Below are positions 12,668 through 24,870 of a stretch of DNA of 64,000 bases, one piece after another. The stretch is from positions 1 to 64,000 of the forward strand of contig NW_026781450.1 in assembly GCF_030144855.1 (NCBI RefSeq), read 5' to 3'. The position numbers and the translations under genes are program-made. Source of the DNA: Hypanus sabinus (taxonomy: Eukaryota). The notes beneath the pieces were generated by a model, which saw only the letters and a program-made list of their open reading frames with translations, was not told the DNA's origin and searched no databases. How positions within the stretch are numbered: position 1 is the first letter of the stretch; each line of letters opens with the position of its first letter.

Positions 12668-12757
12668 CTTCCTTGTCGGGTTGACTCTCTCAGTGGTGAA
12701 AGTGGCGCCTGCAGCAGAGACGAATTCATTCACTTCCATCCAGTTTGTTACATATAC

Positions 12758-12767
12758 CAGTGACGTA
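12758..12767 (-). promoter_or_regulatory. CRE/TRBV-decamer-like promoter motif (TACGTCACTG), family A1
   Basis: The same motif lies 89-91 bp upstream of the ATG in V4, V10 (30421), V13 (38975), V15 (47420), V18 (55774) and V19 (59589). Confidence 0.75.
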
Positions 12768-14639
12768 GGTGGACTTGAGGACGTAGCTATTGGGCACTCC
12801 CCTTCCATACTTCAACCCGATTCGAGGGCTGCTGCTTCCGGTCCACCAGGTTGGCCACACAATACAGTCTCACTGTGGCTGTCCTCGTCCGTCCCTCTCC
12901 TTTTTTCCTCTCCACATTTAGCTCACCGTGTGTGATTTTTTGATGCTCCCAGGTCTTTGCAATTTTGGAAATCTATACAGACCTTTGAAGGAAGGAGGAT
13001 ACGATGCCCCAAAACGATCCGAGAGTTGAGCCGCTCTCCCAAATTGACCAGATAACACTCTCCCTTTCTCCGTCCCACCCTCTCGCTTTATTCATCTCTC
13101 CCCCACCCCCATCTCACATTGTGGATTTATTTAAGCTCACAAATTTTGTAACTTTGGAAATCTGTGTGCCACGTTGATCACCAGACGCCCTCTTTCCCTT
13201 CCCCTGGCACTACATGAACGGCTTCCCCCACTTGGTCACTGATAACCTGAAATAGTTTGTTTCCCTCCTCCTGTGTCTGTCTCAGTATCAGTCCAACCCT
13301 TTCACCTTCGGAACTCACTACGTGTGATGTATTTATTGCCCCCAAGTCTTTGAAGTTCAGGAAAACAACACAACCGGTGTAAGGAGACGGGACACAATTC
13401 ACCTCCCTTTCGTTGAAATCAAAGGACTTGCGTAATGACGGCCATTCGCCCTGTGAAAAACCTTGTTTTCTGCATAGAGTAGCCTTCGACTTTCGATGTC
13501 TCTTTCTGTCTCTGCCCGAGCTTCCATCTTTGTCTCCTAGTCTTTGTTGCATCGCAGCCGGAGAAAATTCAACTTTACAAAAATAATTTTTCCCTTTCAT
13601 TCCCTTCGAAAAATCTAACATAAATTCCACTGCAGTGCATTTACGCCCCCTAGTCGTAGCAGCCTGTGCCTGCACATGTCGCCCTCCGATCTCGCTCAAT
13701 GGCAGAGGTACAGAGAGCAGATCTGTAAGCAAGAACAGATTGTGCTCCAGTATCTTACCTAAAGGATGTGTGTCCATGCACATCTTCATGCTCTTACCAG
13801 GTTCCAGGAAGCAATCTTTTTTTTTCATTGCAAACTTCTGTTCTGTGTTACCTTGGCAGCTATATCAAGCATTCATCAAATTTAACTCTTTCTTTTCAGG
13901 GGTCGAATATGAAGAGTTGTCCGCAAGTTTGGTTCACTGACTTGAGTCCCTGAGCAAGCACAGGCATGAAGTGTGAAGTCGCGATCTTGAGCAGACCTTC
14001 GTTATCTGATCTGCCGTGCCGTCTATCCGGCGTCCACTCGCTGACTAACGGCAGACATTTCCGGATGAAGCGGCTCGTTCCGAAATGTCGGGATCATTCT
14101 CGTGCACCTCCTTCGACTCTCTCCAATTTCAGCTTATCCATTCTGAGGGAAAGGGCCCAGTACTGCTCACCACAGCCCAAGCCAAGCCTCCCGGTGCTTT
14201 ATGAAGTCTAAACATTATATCGTTGCTTTTAGATTCTAATTCACACGAAATTAATACAAACGACGTATATGCCCTACACAGCACAGACATAAACAGCAAA
14301 TGAACCGAGATGGAATCCTTAATAAGGACTTCCAAATCTCTTCGGACATCATTTATTGTGAATTTTCTTTCCATTTAGAATAAAGTCAATATTTGTATTT
14401 CTTCTACCGATGTGCACGACAATACACTTCCCATGATTGCCTTCTATTATGCCTTTACTACCAATCAGTCATAAGTCCTTCTGCGGCCACTCAGCTTCCT
14501 TATGAGTATCTGTCCCTCAATTTATCATACTTCCTTGATTCCGAGTGAAATTGGGTTTCGTTACAGCTGCACCAACCAAGAATAGTGAAGAAATATAGTA
14601 ATTTAAACCCATAAATAATTAAATAATAATGTCAATCAT

Positions 14640-15070
14640 TCAAGTGGAAATCGGTCCAGACCAGCCTGTTGGCTCAGGGTGTCTGACACTCCGAGAGAGG
14701 AGTTGTAAAGTTTGATGGTCACAGGCAGGAATGACTTCCTATGACACTCAGCGTTGCATCTCGGTGCAATGAGTCTCTGGCTGAATGTACTCCTGTGCCT
14801 AACGGGTACATTATGGAGTGGTTGGGAGACATTGGTTAAGATGGCTTGCAACTTGGACAGCATCCTCTTTCAGACAGCACCGTCAGAGAGTTCAGTTCCA
14901 CCCCCACAACATCACTGGCCTTACGAATGAGTTTGTTAATTCTGTTGCTGTCTGCTACCCTCAGCCTGCTGCCCCAGCACACAACAGCAAACATGGTAAC
15001 ACTGGCCACCACAGACTCGTAGAACATCCTCAGCATCGTCCGGCAGATTTTAAAGGACCTCAGTCTCCTA
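14640..15070 (-). mobile_element. Rex1/Babar LINE, RT C-terminal/3' fragment
   Basis: RRLRSFKICRTMLRMFYESVVASV..AVVCWGSRLRVADSNRINKLIRKAS and RSTFSQRLIAPRC..RKSFLPVTIKLYN. Confidence 0.85.
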
Positions 15071-15089
15071 CGGAAATTGAAAAATATTT

Positions 15090-15510
15090 GTTTAAACAGG
15101 GTCTGATGAGGGATAGGCAGCATGGCATTGTGCATGGTAGTTGATGGTTAACCAATCTTGGAGATTTTACAGGAAGTTACCAAGAAATTCGATGACGACA
15201 AGGCAGTGGATAACGTCTACATGGACTTTAGCAAAACATTTGACAGGATCCTACATGACAGGTTGGTGAGAAGTGTTCGGTTGTTTGGCATACAAAAAAC
15301 GTAGTAAATTGGATGAGATATTAGGTTTTAGGGAGAATCCAGAGAGTGATAGTAGATGGTTGTCTCTCTGCCTGAAGGGCTGTGACCAGTGGTGCGCCAC
15401 AGGGATCAACGCTGATTCCTTTGATGGTTGCCATCCACTGCATTTCGATGAACTGGATGATAATGTGGTTAATTGGATCAGCAAAGTTACAGATGGCCCC
15501 AAGCCATCTA
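15090..15510 (+). mobile_element. CR1 LINE reverse-transcriptase fragment (degenerate)
   Basis: RQHGIVHG..LTNL..KAVDNVYMDFSKTFD..HDRL, then PQGS..L..NELD..ISK; several stops and frameshifts. Confidence 0.8.
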
Positions 15511-15604
15511 TATTCCAAATCTATAACCAAATATATTCCCGTTGTAAAGAAAGACAAAATAGATCATTCAAAGTCAAAGTAAATGTATTATCAAAGTGCG
15601 TGAG

Positions 15605-15845
15605 CACTCAATGGCCACTGGATTGCAAGTGTATGATCGTGGTCTTCTGCTGCTGTAGCTCATCCACTTCAAGGTTTGACATGTTGTGCCTTCAGAGATG
15701 TTCTTTTGCACACCACTGTAAAAATGCGTTGTTATTCGAGTTACTGGTTCAAGTTAACAGGAAGGTGCCAGCCTACCAATCTCCTCTGACCTCGCTCATT
15801 AACAAGGCACTTACACCCCCAGAACTGCTAATCACTGGATACTTT
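15605..15845 (-). mobile_element. Tc1-like fragment
   Basis: Reverse-complement similarity to the 7640-8165 element. Confidence 0.55.
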
Positions 15846-17761
15846 TCATTTCTCTCTCTCTCTTTCTGACTGCCTCAATCTCTCTCTCCCTCTCTCTCTC
15901 TCTGTCTCTCTGTGCAGCCAATGACTGTCACTGCTCCGCCTTACTCTATGTCTGCACTGGGTAATATTTTGATCAGTTCTCTGTGGAGTCCAAACCATCT
16001 GTAGTGATATGACGGACATTTTTACACCGTTCTGTAAACACCCGCCTCCCCATTTTCTCTCTTCTTCCATTTCGCTCACACTCTCTCACTCTCTTTCCAT
16101 GTCTGCACACCTGCGAGTCCATTTCCCTCTGACTTCCATTGATTTTTTTTGCCTCCCCCCGCCCCGATGTCCGACCCTTGGCTTAAAATCTCAGTGTGAA
16201 TGGAACTGTACAGAGAGAGCTGCGGATCCACGGGTTCATGGCGCTGGAAGTTCAGACTACGTCAGTGCCACGTGGCGCCGGCGCCTCAAGCGCTCTCCCC
16301 TCATTGGTTATTCGCGCGGAGATATGCCGATGTCATATGTCAGGTGGCGAACCATTGAGTCCGGTCCTCAACAATTAACCTTGCGACACGCGGAGTGTGA
16401 TCTGCGCGGCAAGACATCGTTCTTCCAGCAATGCCGGAATCGCAAGTGAATATCCCGGACCTGCAACGAGCGGGAATTTATTCACCCGCCGGCTGGAAGA
16501 TTTCAGACACATCACTACGCTCATCTTTCTCTTGAATCTAAAGCCGTTCAGAGAATATGATGTCGATTGCGGAATCATAGAAAAGAGGACACGCGTTCAG
16601 CCCATTACGACCGATGTATTCCCTTCCCTCCCACGTAACGCTTCACTTACGTATCTGTCAGCCGTGCGCCGGACTGAGAGCGTCTGAAATGTCCCGAATA
16701 AATCTGCCCCAGCAAAGAAGGAAATCTATCAAGAAAGAATGGAAAAGAGAATGTAGAGCCGGGTAAGGCAGGGAACGAGAAATAAAGTGTGTGTCTCTGT
16801 GAGGCAGAAAGAAAGTGAGAAAGAAATAAAGGAAGAAAAGCACAAAGAACGGATGATAAATAGAATAAAAAGGAGAAAGAAAGACAGTAATGAAGAATGA
16901 GAGGCTGGAGACAGATAGACAGTGACAGACTGAAAGACAGAATAAATGAATGCGTGAATGGAAGGAAGAAAGAAAGAAGCGGAGAAAAGAGGGGATAGAG
17001 CAGAAGGGACTTGTATTTTCTATGTTCTCTCGGCCGTTGTATTTGTTGACCCTTTTTTTTGAGCCTGTCGTCAATGCCGAACTGTGTCACCTTCCTCCTG
17101 TTTTGTTTGTAAACTTCTATGCAACATTCTGGTTTCTCTCCGCCCCCACTCCGACAGGCATCGATTTCCGTTCGCGCCCACACCCCCGCTCCGCGTCGTC
17201 TCTACAGTCTCCCTTATCTTTTCCTCTGCCGACCCGGGTGCTACAATGCAGAACTGACTCCAGGCGGCAGTAGATCCACCGTTGATACGTTCGTGCTTTG
17301 CGTTCAATACCCAGAAAATGAAACGCGTTTGGATAATGTGTTTGACAGAACAGCAGGTGAAATCGCAAGGCCTAAAATCCGAAGGGTCTATTCACCAGAT
17401 AGCAACTGAAGTCCTAGTGTATGATTATCAGTAAATTTGGGTCGTCCGCACATTGCGGGCCGAGGCGCCTTTCCCTGCACGATAATGTTCTATTTTATAC
17501 ATGGAGTTATGACGGCGACTGTTTAAACACGCACCTCATCTTCTCTGGAGGAGGAGGGGACTTGACTATCAAAACGAGAAAGCACATCTCGCGTCATTCA
17601 AATTCATCGAACTTTCATTGGCAACCGTGCCGCTGCTCACGTTTGGTCGCCCCGCCCCCTTGTTTGATTGACAGCTGACGCACTGCGTCTCCGGCAGGCG
17701 GCAGCGACCCCTGAGACTCTCAGGTTTTCGCTCAGCTCCGCCGCCTCTCTTTGTTGCCGTG

Positions 17762-18061
17762 AACTCGCCAGCCGCAGTAATATAGGGCCGAGGATCCCGC
17801 CTCCAGGCCTGGGGACTTCAGGCAGAACCCGTTATTATTCGGCCTTTCTGCGGTGAAACCGCCCACAGGCCCTGCAGATTCCTGGTGACCGGCAAGCGCA
17901 AATGTAAATGAGGTTCCGAAGCGGCTTGCCAGGCTACTACCTGTACCAGAGCAACGTGTTACCGGAGCGAGCAGCGCCTTCAAGTGTGCACTCCAGTTCC
18001 GCTTCCCCGCTCGGGGACGCGGAGAGAGCCGGTGCCTGGTGGATCGTCACCGAGGGCGCGT
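17762..18061 (-). pseudogene. TRBV: V5: TCR beta V pseudogene, single-copy family C (CGWR)
   Basis: SVTIHQAPAL..ELECTLEG..LLWYR, then TAG TAG (17934-17939) and a frameshift, then GFTAERP..SSALYYCGWR. RSS CACGGCA (17755-17761), 23 bp, GCGAAAACC (17723-17731). No clear leader. Confidence 0.88.
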
Positions 18062-18284
18062 CTGAGAAAGAAGAGGAAGGTGCTGTATGAGTGTAGGCGT
18101 TCCGAGAAGTAGGAGAGGGGAGGGTGACGGCGAAGATGGGGGAATTCAAACAGAAGGGTTGAAGCTGGAGAGAGTGGAGAGGGTTCTTCAGAGGGAAGAT
18201 AGCGCGAACACGGCAGGTATCGTAGTCTCGAGGAAGGAATGAGACTGAGAATTAGCGGTTGGTGGAATCGCTTTCCAGCGCTGC

Positions 18285-18450
18285 CGAATCCGGGTTCGAT
18301 TACCACTGCACTCTGTACTGACTTTCTCTGCCGGAAACGGTGGGCTTTTCTCCGGGTGTCCCGGTTTCCTCCCACATTGACCTGGGGCTTGATGGGTTAA
18401 TTGGTCACGTGGGTGTAATTGGGCAACACGTTCCTGGTGGGTCGAAAGGC
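18285..18450 (+). mobile_element. V-SINE (HE1-like) fragment
   Basis: GGTTCGATT...GTGGGCTTTTCTCCGGGTGTCCCGGTTTCCTCCCAC is the V-SINE core. It lies just upstream of the V5 exon. Confidence 0.7.
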
Positions 18451-19314
18451 TGGGCTGTCTCTCAGGAAGAGGAAATAATTTACCGGAAGACGTCCCTGAA
18501 TATTTGGAGCCGGTGTACCTCTTCCTTTCTCTTCCTGACCCATCACAATTGAATCGGGAAATAGATGCGATAGCAAATAGGGCACAAGGTCCTGTTTCTC
18601 ATTAATATATATTTTAACTACTCACTGCACCCCGGAACCCTTTCAAGGTGCATAGGACGCCGACATCTGATCGAAAGAACNNNNNNNNNNNNNNNNNNNN
18701 NNNNNNNNNNNNNNNNNNNNNNNNNNNNNNNNNNNNNNNNNNNNNNNNNNNNNNNNNNNNNNNNNNNNNNNNNNNNNNNNNNNNNNNNNNNNNNNNNNNN
18801 NNNNNNNNNNNNNNNNNNNNNNNNNNNNNNNNNNNNNNNNNNNNNNNNNNNNNNNNNNNGAATTATCCATAATGCATTTGTGTGTGTCTACTGGTTCACT
18901 GACTCTGGACCCGCAGACTGAAAGCGCGTGAATGTCACAGAGAATTTCGTGGCGAGTTGATGCAGACGTTGCGGTTATACAGCAAACACAAAACGTCGTT
19001 TGTCCCCTGGTAGGAAAAGAAGCGAAAGATCAGTAGGAGCTCAATATGCTCCTGCCTCGGGTTGGGCAATCGCTCCTCTAGACGGAATACTGCGAAAGAT
19101 GAGAAGTTGCAGCGACGGTCTGCAGAGTTGATAATATAAATAACACAACATACACTCCGTGGAATCATTATCAGCTACAGATACGCAGTGACTCCACAGA
19201 TATCCCGTTTTGTCCGCTGAGAACCCGCTCTAACATCCATGTTTCAATCGTTGTGTCCTTTTCAAAATTACAATCGTATCTATCCACGTTTTCATTCAAG
19301 TTAGCCAGATGACG

Positions 19315-19835
19315 TGGCCACTTTAGTAGACAGCTCTACGCCCACTCGATAATGCGAATGTCTCATCAGCCAATCGTGTTGCAGCGTCAATACAGAAGAA
19401 CATGCAGAGATGGTCAAGAGGTTCCATTCCGAATCAGTCCAGTCATCAGAATAGGGAAGAAATGTGAGCTAATTTACTTTGGTTGTAGAATGCATATTGG
19501 TGCCAATCCGGTAGAGGTTGCCTATCTCAGAAACGACTGAAATCCTCGGATATTCACACACTACTTTCTCTTGTGTTTACAGAGAATGTCGCGAAACACT
19601 GTTGTGGTAATTACGTGGTTGAAAACACCCGGTTAATGGCCGATGTCAGAGGAGAACGGTCAGACTCTTTCAAGCTGAGAGGACGGCGGCAGCGTTTCAA
19701 GTTCCCACGTGTTACAACAGTGGTGTGCAGAGGAGCATCTCTGAATGCACAATATGTAGAACCTTGGAGGGAATTGACTGCAATGGCAGAGGACCACGAA
19801 CATACTGTGAGTTGCCATTTTATTAGGTACAGGAT
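19315..19835 (+). mobile_element. Tc1-like fragment (segmental-duplication copy)
   Basis: Homologous to 7640-8165, with homologous flanks. Confidence 0.8.
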
Positions 19836-20899
19836 GTCACCAAAGGGAAGTTTCCCCGATTAATTACATAACTATACAAGGCATAGATGCATGTGTCAGA
19901 TTTTAGCATTTGTACAGATGCATCCGTAGGACAAACTTTTACAGATGCAACGTCTTAAATTTTGCGCGTTGTTGTGTGCAGTTCGATCAGGGCAATGTGC
20001 AGCGATACACTGAGTGCTGATGCCCCCAAGTGGCTAAAGGCCGATTCCACATCTTTTGGTGAATAGGTGGAAAGTTTTTACTGTGGCCGGAAACTAGTGC
20101 TCCAGCGCTCTTGATGGCTGTATAGTAAAGTGTAACATTAGATGCTTCAGGCCGAGACCGTTTATCAGGACTGAGAGTGAAAAGTGCACGGGGAGGGGGT
20201 TGGAGAACGATGCCTGAAATAAAAGTTGCGGGATGAGTTAAAGGACAGCTGGAATGTGATAGGTGAAGTCAGGTTGAACTGACAGGTCACAGGCTGGACT
20301 GATAGAGTAAAGTGATAGGGATTTGGAATTACAATTCCTGGCCGCAGAGAATTCCTGTGCAGTTATGCGGTGAAAAGCTTGTCGCAGAGATCAATTCATT
20401 ACATTTTGAATTGAAATAGAGAAAGGTAAATTAATAAATTTCTTTACACTAGCTGCCTCTCTGGAGTTACAGTGAAAAGCTGGTCCTGCATACAGATCAC
20501 AGTGTACTGGTGTAGAATAAGGCTCATCAATAATATTTAAAACCGACATAGGAAACCGCATTGTGGGAGACAGGACTACAGAAAGGTAGATTGTGAATGC
20601 GAGAATCCACATTATTGTCCCATCCTCGAGCATAAGAATAGGGTAACGAAGGTAAAGATCCTGTTTGAGCGATGTGCTGAGCTGTGTGCAGGGCCCTCTC
20701 CGGTTTCCTGCCGTCAATTCCTATCCGAGATAGCAAGCGCATGCGCGGAAATGCAGCCGAGTGCAGACCGTTCGTGACAGAAAGTAGCAGCCGAACGCGG
20801 TCTGTTGCTGCCACCTACTGATACAACAAAGCCACTGAACCTCCCTGCTGCAGGCTGGAAGGTTTTTGTAGTGGGAGACGCGTTATCTGAAGTTCTGTG

Positions 20900-21791
20900 C
20901 GCTACTACAAGCGCAGTAGTAGACGGCGGAGTGAGAGGCCGAGGCCCGTCCCAGTTTCAGTTTAAACAGAGTGCTGCTGGGTCTTGTCGCCGTGAAGGAA
21001 TCGGATGTGTCGTTCCTAACCGAACCTTGTCCAACAGAATAGAAGAGACAATCCATTGCCTGGCCGGGTCGCTGCCTGTACCAATACATTCGTGTATAGT
21101 CCGTTTTCAGCAGCGTACACGAGACGCTGGCCGTCTCACCCTCTCCGACTGACAAGGAGGGAGGCGACTGGTCAACGAACACGGTCAGAATCCCTGTAAA
21201 ACAGAAAATCGGTTAGTCATCAATTTCCCTTAATTGTTGATCAGCTCGCGTGTGATCAAGACAGCAGGAATGGGCTGGCGTTCCCAAAATATTCTGTCCA
21301 CTCTCCGGTTAACCCGATGTTTCACACTATTCTGCACCGTGAAATTTGCGCTAAACACCAGCCTGACACAGATGCACACTAGTTCAGAGAAAATGAGACT
21401 CTTCGAACCGCAGTGAGTAAGCGGGGTTAAATGTCGTTAAGCATATTCTCATTTCGTCCTGTTTCAATTTTGGCGCAGAACCCCACACACCCTCGGAGTA
21501 ATCCCGATACCCGCTTCCGAGCTTAGCGAAACCGAAGGAGTCCCGCAATTTTAATCGGGTCTGTTCGACCAGCGCGGCAAGGATTTATCAGTGGGAAGGC
21601 GCTTTCACATTCGGATCATGAGTAGCAAGGTAGGCATCAAACCTTCGGCCTCATGTCCAGATCTGCCAAGTCTAACCACGTGCGATGCTGAAACACGTCG
21701 TTCCACACCCTTTCCCCGAGATCTGTGATTTGTACTTACCTGGGATCATCGCCACGATCAGCGGGAGGCAAACAATCCTCCGCACCATCAT
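20900..21791 (-). CDS. TRBV: V6: intact TCR beta V gene, family B
   Basis: Leader 21791-21740 (MMVRRIVCLPLIVAMIP, GTAAGT). V exon 21193-20900: VDQSPPSLS..VSCTLL..MYWYRQRPG..LFYSVGQG..FTATRP..YYCACSS. RSS CACAGAA (20893-20899), 23 bp, ACAAAAACC (20861-20869). Confidence 0.95.
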
Positions 21792-21896
21792 CTACAGGAT
21801 GAGGATGTTTCCTCTATGTGAAGCTCAGAGCCAGCTCTCACACAGTCTATCTGTGTGGTCTGATAAAGGAACGAGATTATCGTTGTTTTGTGGAGA

Positions 21897-21911
21897 TGAC
21901 GTCACTTCCGC
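21897..21911 (-). promoter_or_regulatory. ETS-CRE composite GCGGAAGTGACGTCA, V6 promoter
   Basis: Exact 15-mer containing the TRBV decamer AGTGACGTCA, about 105 bp upstream of the ATG. GATA and RUNX-like sites follow. Confidence 0.75.
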
Positions 21912-23023
21912 TACGGTGAACGCCTTCGGACTGACGATGATGCCCGAAGTGAGTTCAGGCAATGCAGATACGTTCGGACGATTTGAAGCTGGGAAGCGCA
22001 CATCCATGGGAAGGTGGTTCAAAATGATTGGACAATGTTCCCGAGGGCAGGGAATACGCAACCATAGAAGAGCTTCAAGCGTGTTTCGCGTCGATTGCAG
22101 AAAATAAACGGCACTTCACCAGACCCACAAAATAAGCGGCCTGTTTGAGAAGCGGTAGGAAAGGACAAGAGAAGATTAGAGGACAAATGGTGTCTGTAGG
22201 GCTGAGACAGGAAGCGAATGGGGAAAAGCCGCCTGGATGTGGTATGGAGGGGAACGGCCGCGACAGACGGAAGGTTTGCGGGGAACAGCAGATGATAGTG
22301 ACATTTCACGTCAGCTGATTCAAAGCGCCAGTAAGTACACAGCGTGGAGGAAGAGCCAGTGCACAGTGCTGCTTCATTTTCTATAATTGTGTGTGATTTC
22401 TTTTTCCCCATATATTCTATTGTATTTATTTATTATACTGTGAGTGCCTGTCTCAAATCGAATCTCGGTGTATCATGTGGAAAGCTGCACTTACGTTGAA
22501 AATAAATTCACTTNNNNNNNNNNNNNNNNNNNNNNNNNNNNNNNNNNNNNNNNNNNNNNNNNNNNNNNNNNNNNNNNNNNNNNNNNNNNNNNNNNNNNNN
22601 NNNNNNNNNNNNNNNNNNNNNNNNNNNNNNNNNNNNNNNNNNNNNNNNNNNNNNNNNNNNNNNTGTTGATGTAATTCTTGTTAACTGCAATAGAAATAGA
22701 TAAAGCGTTCAAGGACGTGGAAGTAACCGCCGCATCATTTCCAAGGGATAGGGTGGTAGAGTTTGAGCGTTGATTACCACGCCGTTCTATTCGACAGCGC
22801 AATGGTTGAATTGCAGTGTATCCGGAAATGCTAACAGCACAAGAAACCTTGCGAATGAAAGTCTCTGCCCGATGATAGGACAGTTTTCACGACCCGACAT
22901 CTCAGATTCCCGTCAAAATGCGGCTGTTTTGCTGCCTCCTAGTGGTGTATCATGAACTCTGAACAACCCTGTGATAAACAGGAAGGTTTTTGTACTGAGA
23001 GACCCTTTACTTCAAGCTCTGTG

Positions 23024-23549
23024 CGCTACTACAAGCGCAGAAGTAGACGGCGGAGTGGGAGGACGATGCCCGCCTCAGTTCCAGTTTAAACAGTGTATCG
23101 CTGGGTCTTGTCGCCGCGTAGGAATCAGATGTGTAGTTCATAGCTAAACCTTGCCCAGCAGAATAGAAGAGAACATCAATTGTCCGGCCGGATCGCTGTC
23201 TGTACCAGTACATACTTGGATAGCCCGTATTCAGCAGCGTACACGAGAGAGTGGCCGGCTCTCCCTCTGCGACTGACAGGGAGGAAGGCGATTGCTCCAC
23301 GTAGGCGGTCAGAATCCCTGTGGGACAGAAATCAGATTAGACTCCAATTTCTCTCAATTGATCATCAAAGGGCGCGGAAGCAAGACAGATGGAAGAGTTT
23401 GGTGTTATCGACAGACCATGGCCACTCTCCGATTAACCCGGAGATTCGCACTGTTGTGCGATGTGCAATAGGCGTGATGTCGGATCCTCACCCGATGACC
23501 ATGGCCGAATGGTGGGTCAGACTCGATGGGCTGAACAGCCTAACTCAAC

Positions 23550-23600
<51 letters not shown>

Positions 23601-24170
23601 TCCCCCGCCCACCTTGTTCTTTCTTGTAGCACTGACAAGCAAACACAATGTCTTCGGAGAAGGGGCTTGTACTCTCGAAAGACACCGGCCGCTCTGCGAC
23701 CAACACAACGAACTGCTGTGAGATGAGACACCCAAACGCACGAAAGCGCTGACGCACACGTACTCGAACTCGGGCAAAAGCTGATCCATCGAACCGCAGT
23801 GAGGAACCGGGGTAAAATGCCGTTTAACAAGCACACATTTGTTCTGAGTTCAATTCCCCTCGCATCCTACAAGATACCCCTGATATCCTCTCAGAGCTTC
23901 GTGGCAGAACTGAAGGACCACACAGGGGGTCACTCTGACAAGCGCGTTACATATTTATCTGTCATAAAATACTTTGTCATTTGTTGAAAGGGAGACATGA
24001 AATCATTGGCCTCTTGGGGAGAAAATCTACCAAGAAGAACCACGTTCAATACTGCACCTTGCCGTTCCACAAAGGGCATTTTCCACCCCCTGACACCAGA
24101 CTTGCGATTTTAACTTACGCGGGATCACCGCCACGATCAGCGGAATGCAAAGCCTGGCCGTCAGCATCAT
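23024..24170 (-). CDS. TRBV: V7: intact TCR beta V gene, family B
   Basis: Leader 24170-24119 (MMLTARLCIPLIVAVIP, GTAAGT). V exon 23317-23024 is open and ends YFCACSS. RSS CACAGAG (23017-23023), 23 bp, ACAAAAACC (22985-22993). Confidence 0.95.
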
Positions 24171-24399
24171 TTAGTGCGCGAGGATACCTCCGCTGTGTGG
24201 AATCGAGTGATGTTCCGTTTCAGCTCACTGGGAAGTCTATCTGCGTGGCCTGAGAAAGAAATTCTCCCATTGGCTCCGTGGCAATCGTGTCACTTCCGAA
24301 AGTATATTTGCCTCTTGGGTGCGGTTTACAGTGCTGACAAGCTGTGATGAGACCCGAGTTCCACGCATGCGCTACAGGCAAGTTTGGATGATTCCAAGC

Positions 24400-24870
24400 T
24401 GAGAGGAAATAACAAAAGAAAATTTACAATAGGTGCAGAAGTAGACCATTCGGCCCTTCGAACCTGCACTCCAATTCTGAGATCATGGCTGATCATCTGC
24501 TGTAAATACCCGGTTCCTGCTTTGTCCCCATATCCCTTGACACCCCTATCCATAAGATACCTATCTAGCTCCTTCTTGAAAGCATCCAGAGAATTGGCCT
24601 CCACTGCCTTCTGAGGCAGTGCATTCCGCACCCCCACAACTCTCTGCGAGAAGTAGTTTTTCCTTCACTCTATCCTAAATGACCTGCCCCTTATTCTTAA
24701 ACCATGCCGTCTGGTACTGGACACTCCCAGCATCTGGAACATATTTCCTGCCTCTGTCTTGTCCAATCCCTTAATCATCTTACATGTTGCAATCAGATCC
24801 CGACTCAATCACCTTAATTCCAGAGTGTACAAGCTCAATCTCTCTAACCTCTCTGCGTCCAACAGTCCGG
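24400..24870 (-). mobile_element. CR1 LINE 3' end
   Basis: ..GVRNALPQKAVEANSLDAFKKELDRYL..RGVKGYG.KAG is a typical CR1 ORF2 C-terminus, followed by 3' UTR. Confidence 0.85.

Noticed and set aside
13170-13345. GATCACCAGACGCCCTCTTTC... resembling V FR1, with a later TATTTATTG
   Set aside because: The match is short, the spacing is too small for a V exon, and there are no conserved Cys, Trp or RSS.
15273-15869. 198-aa ORF
   Set aside because: It is a chance read-through across CR1 and Tc1 fragments in non-native frames.
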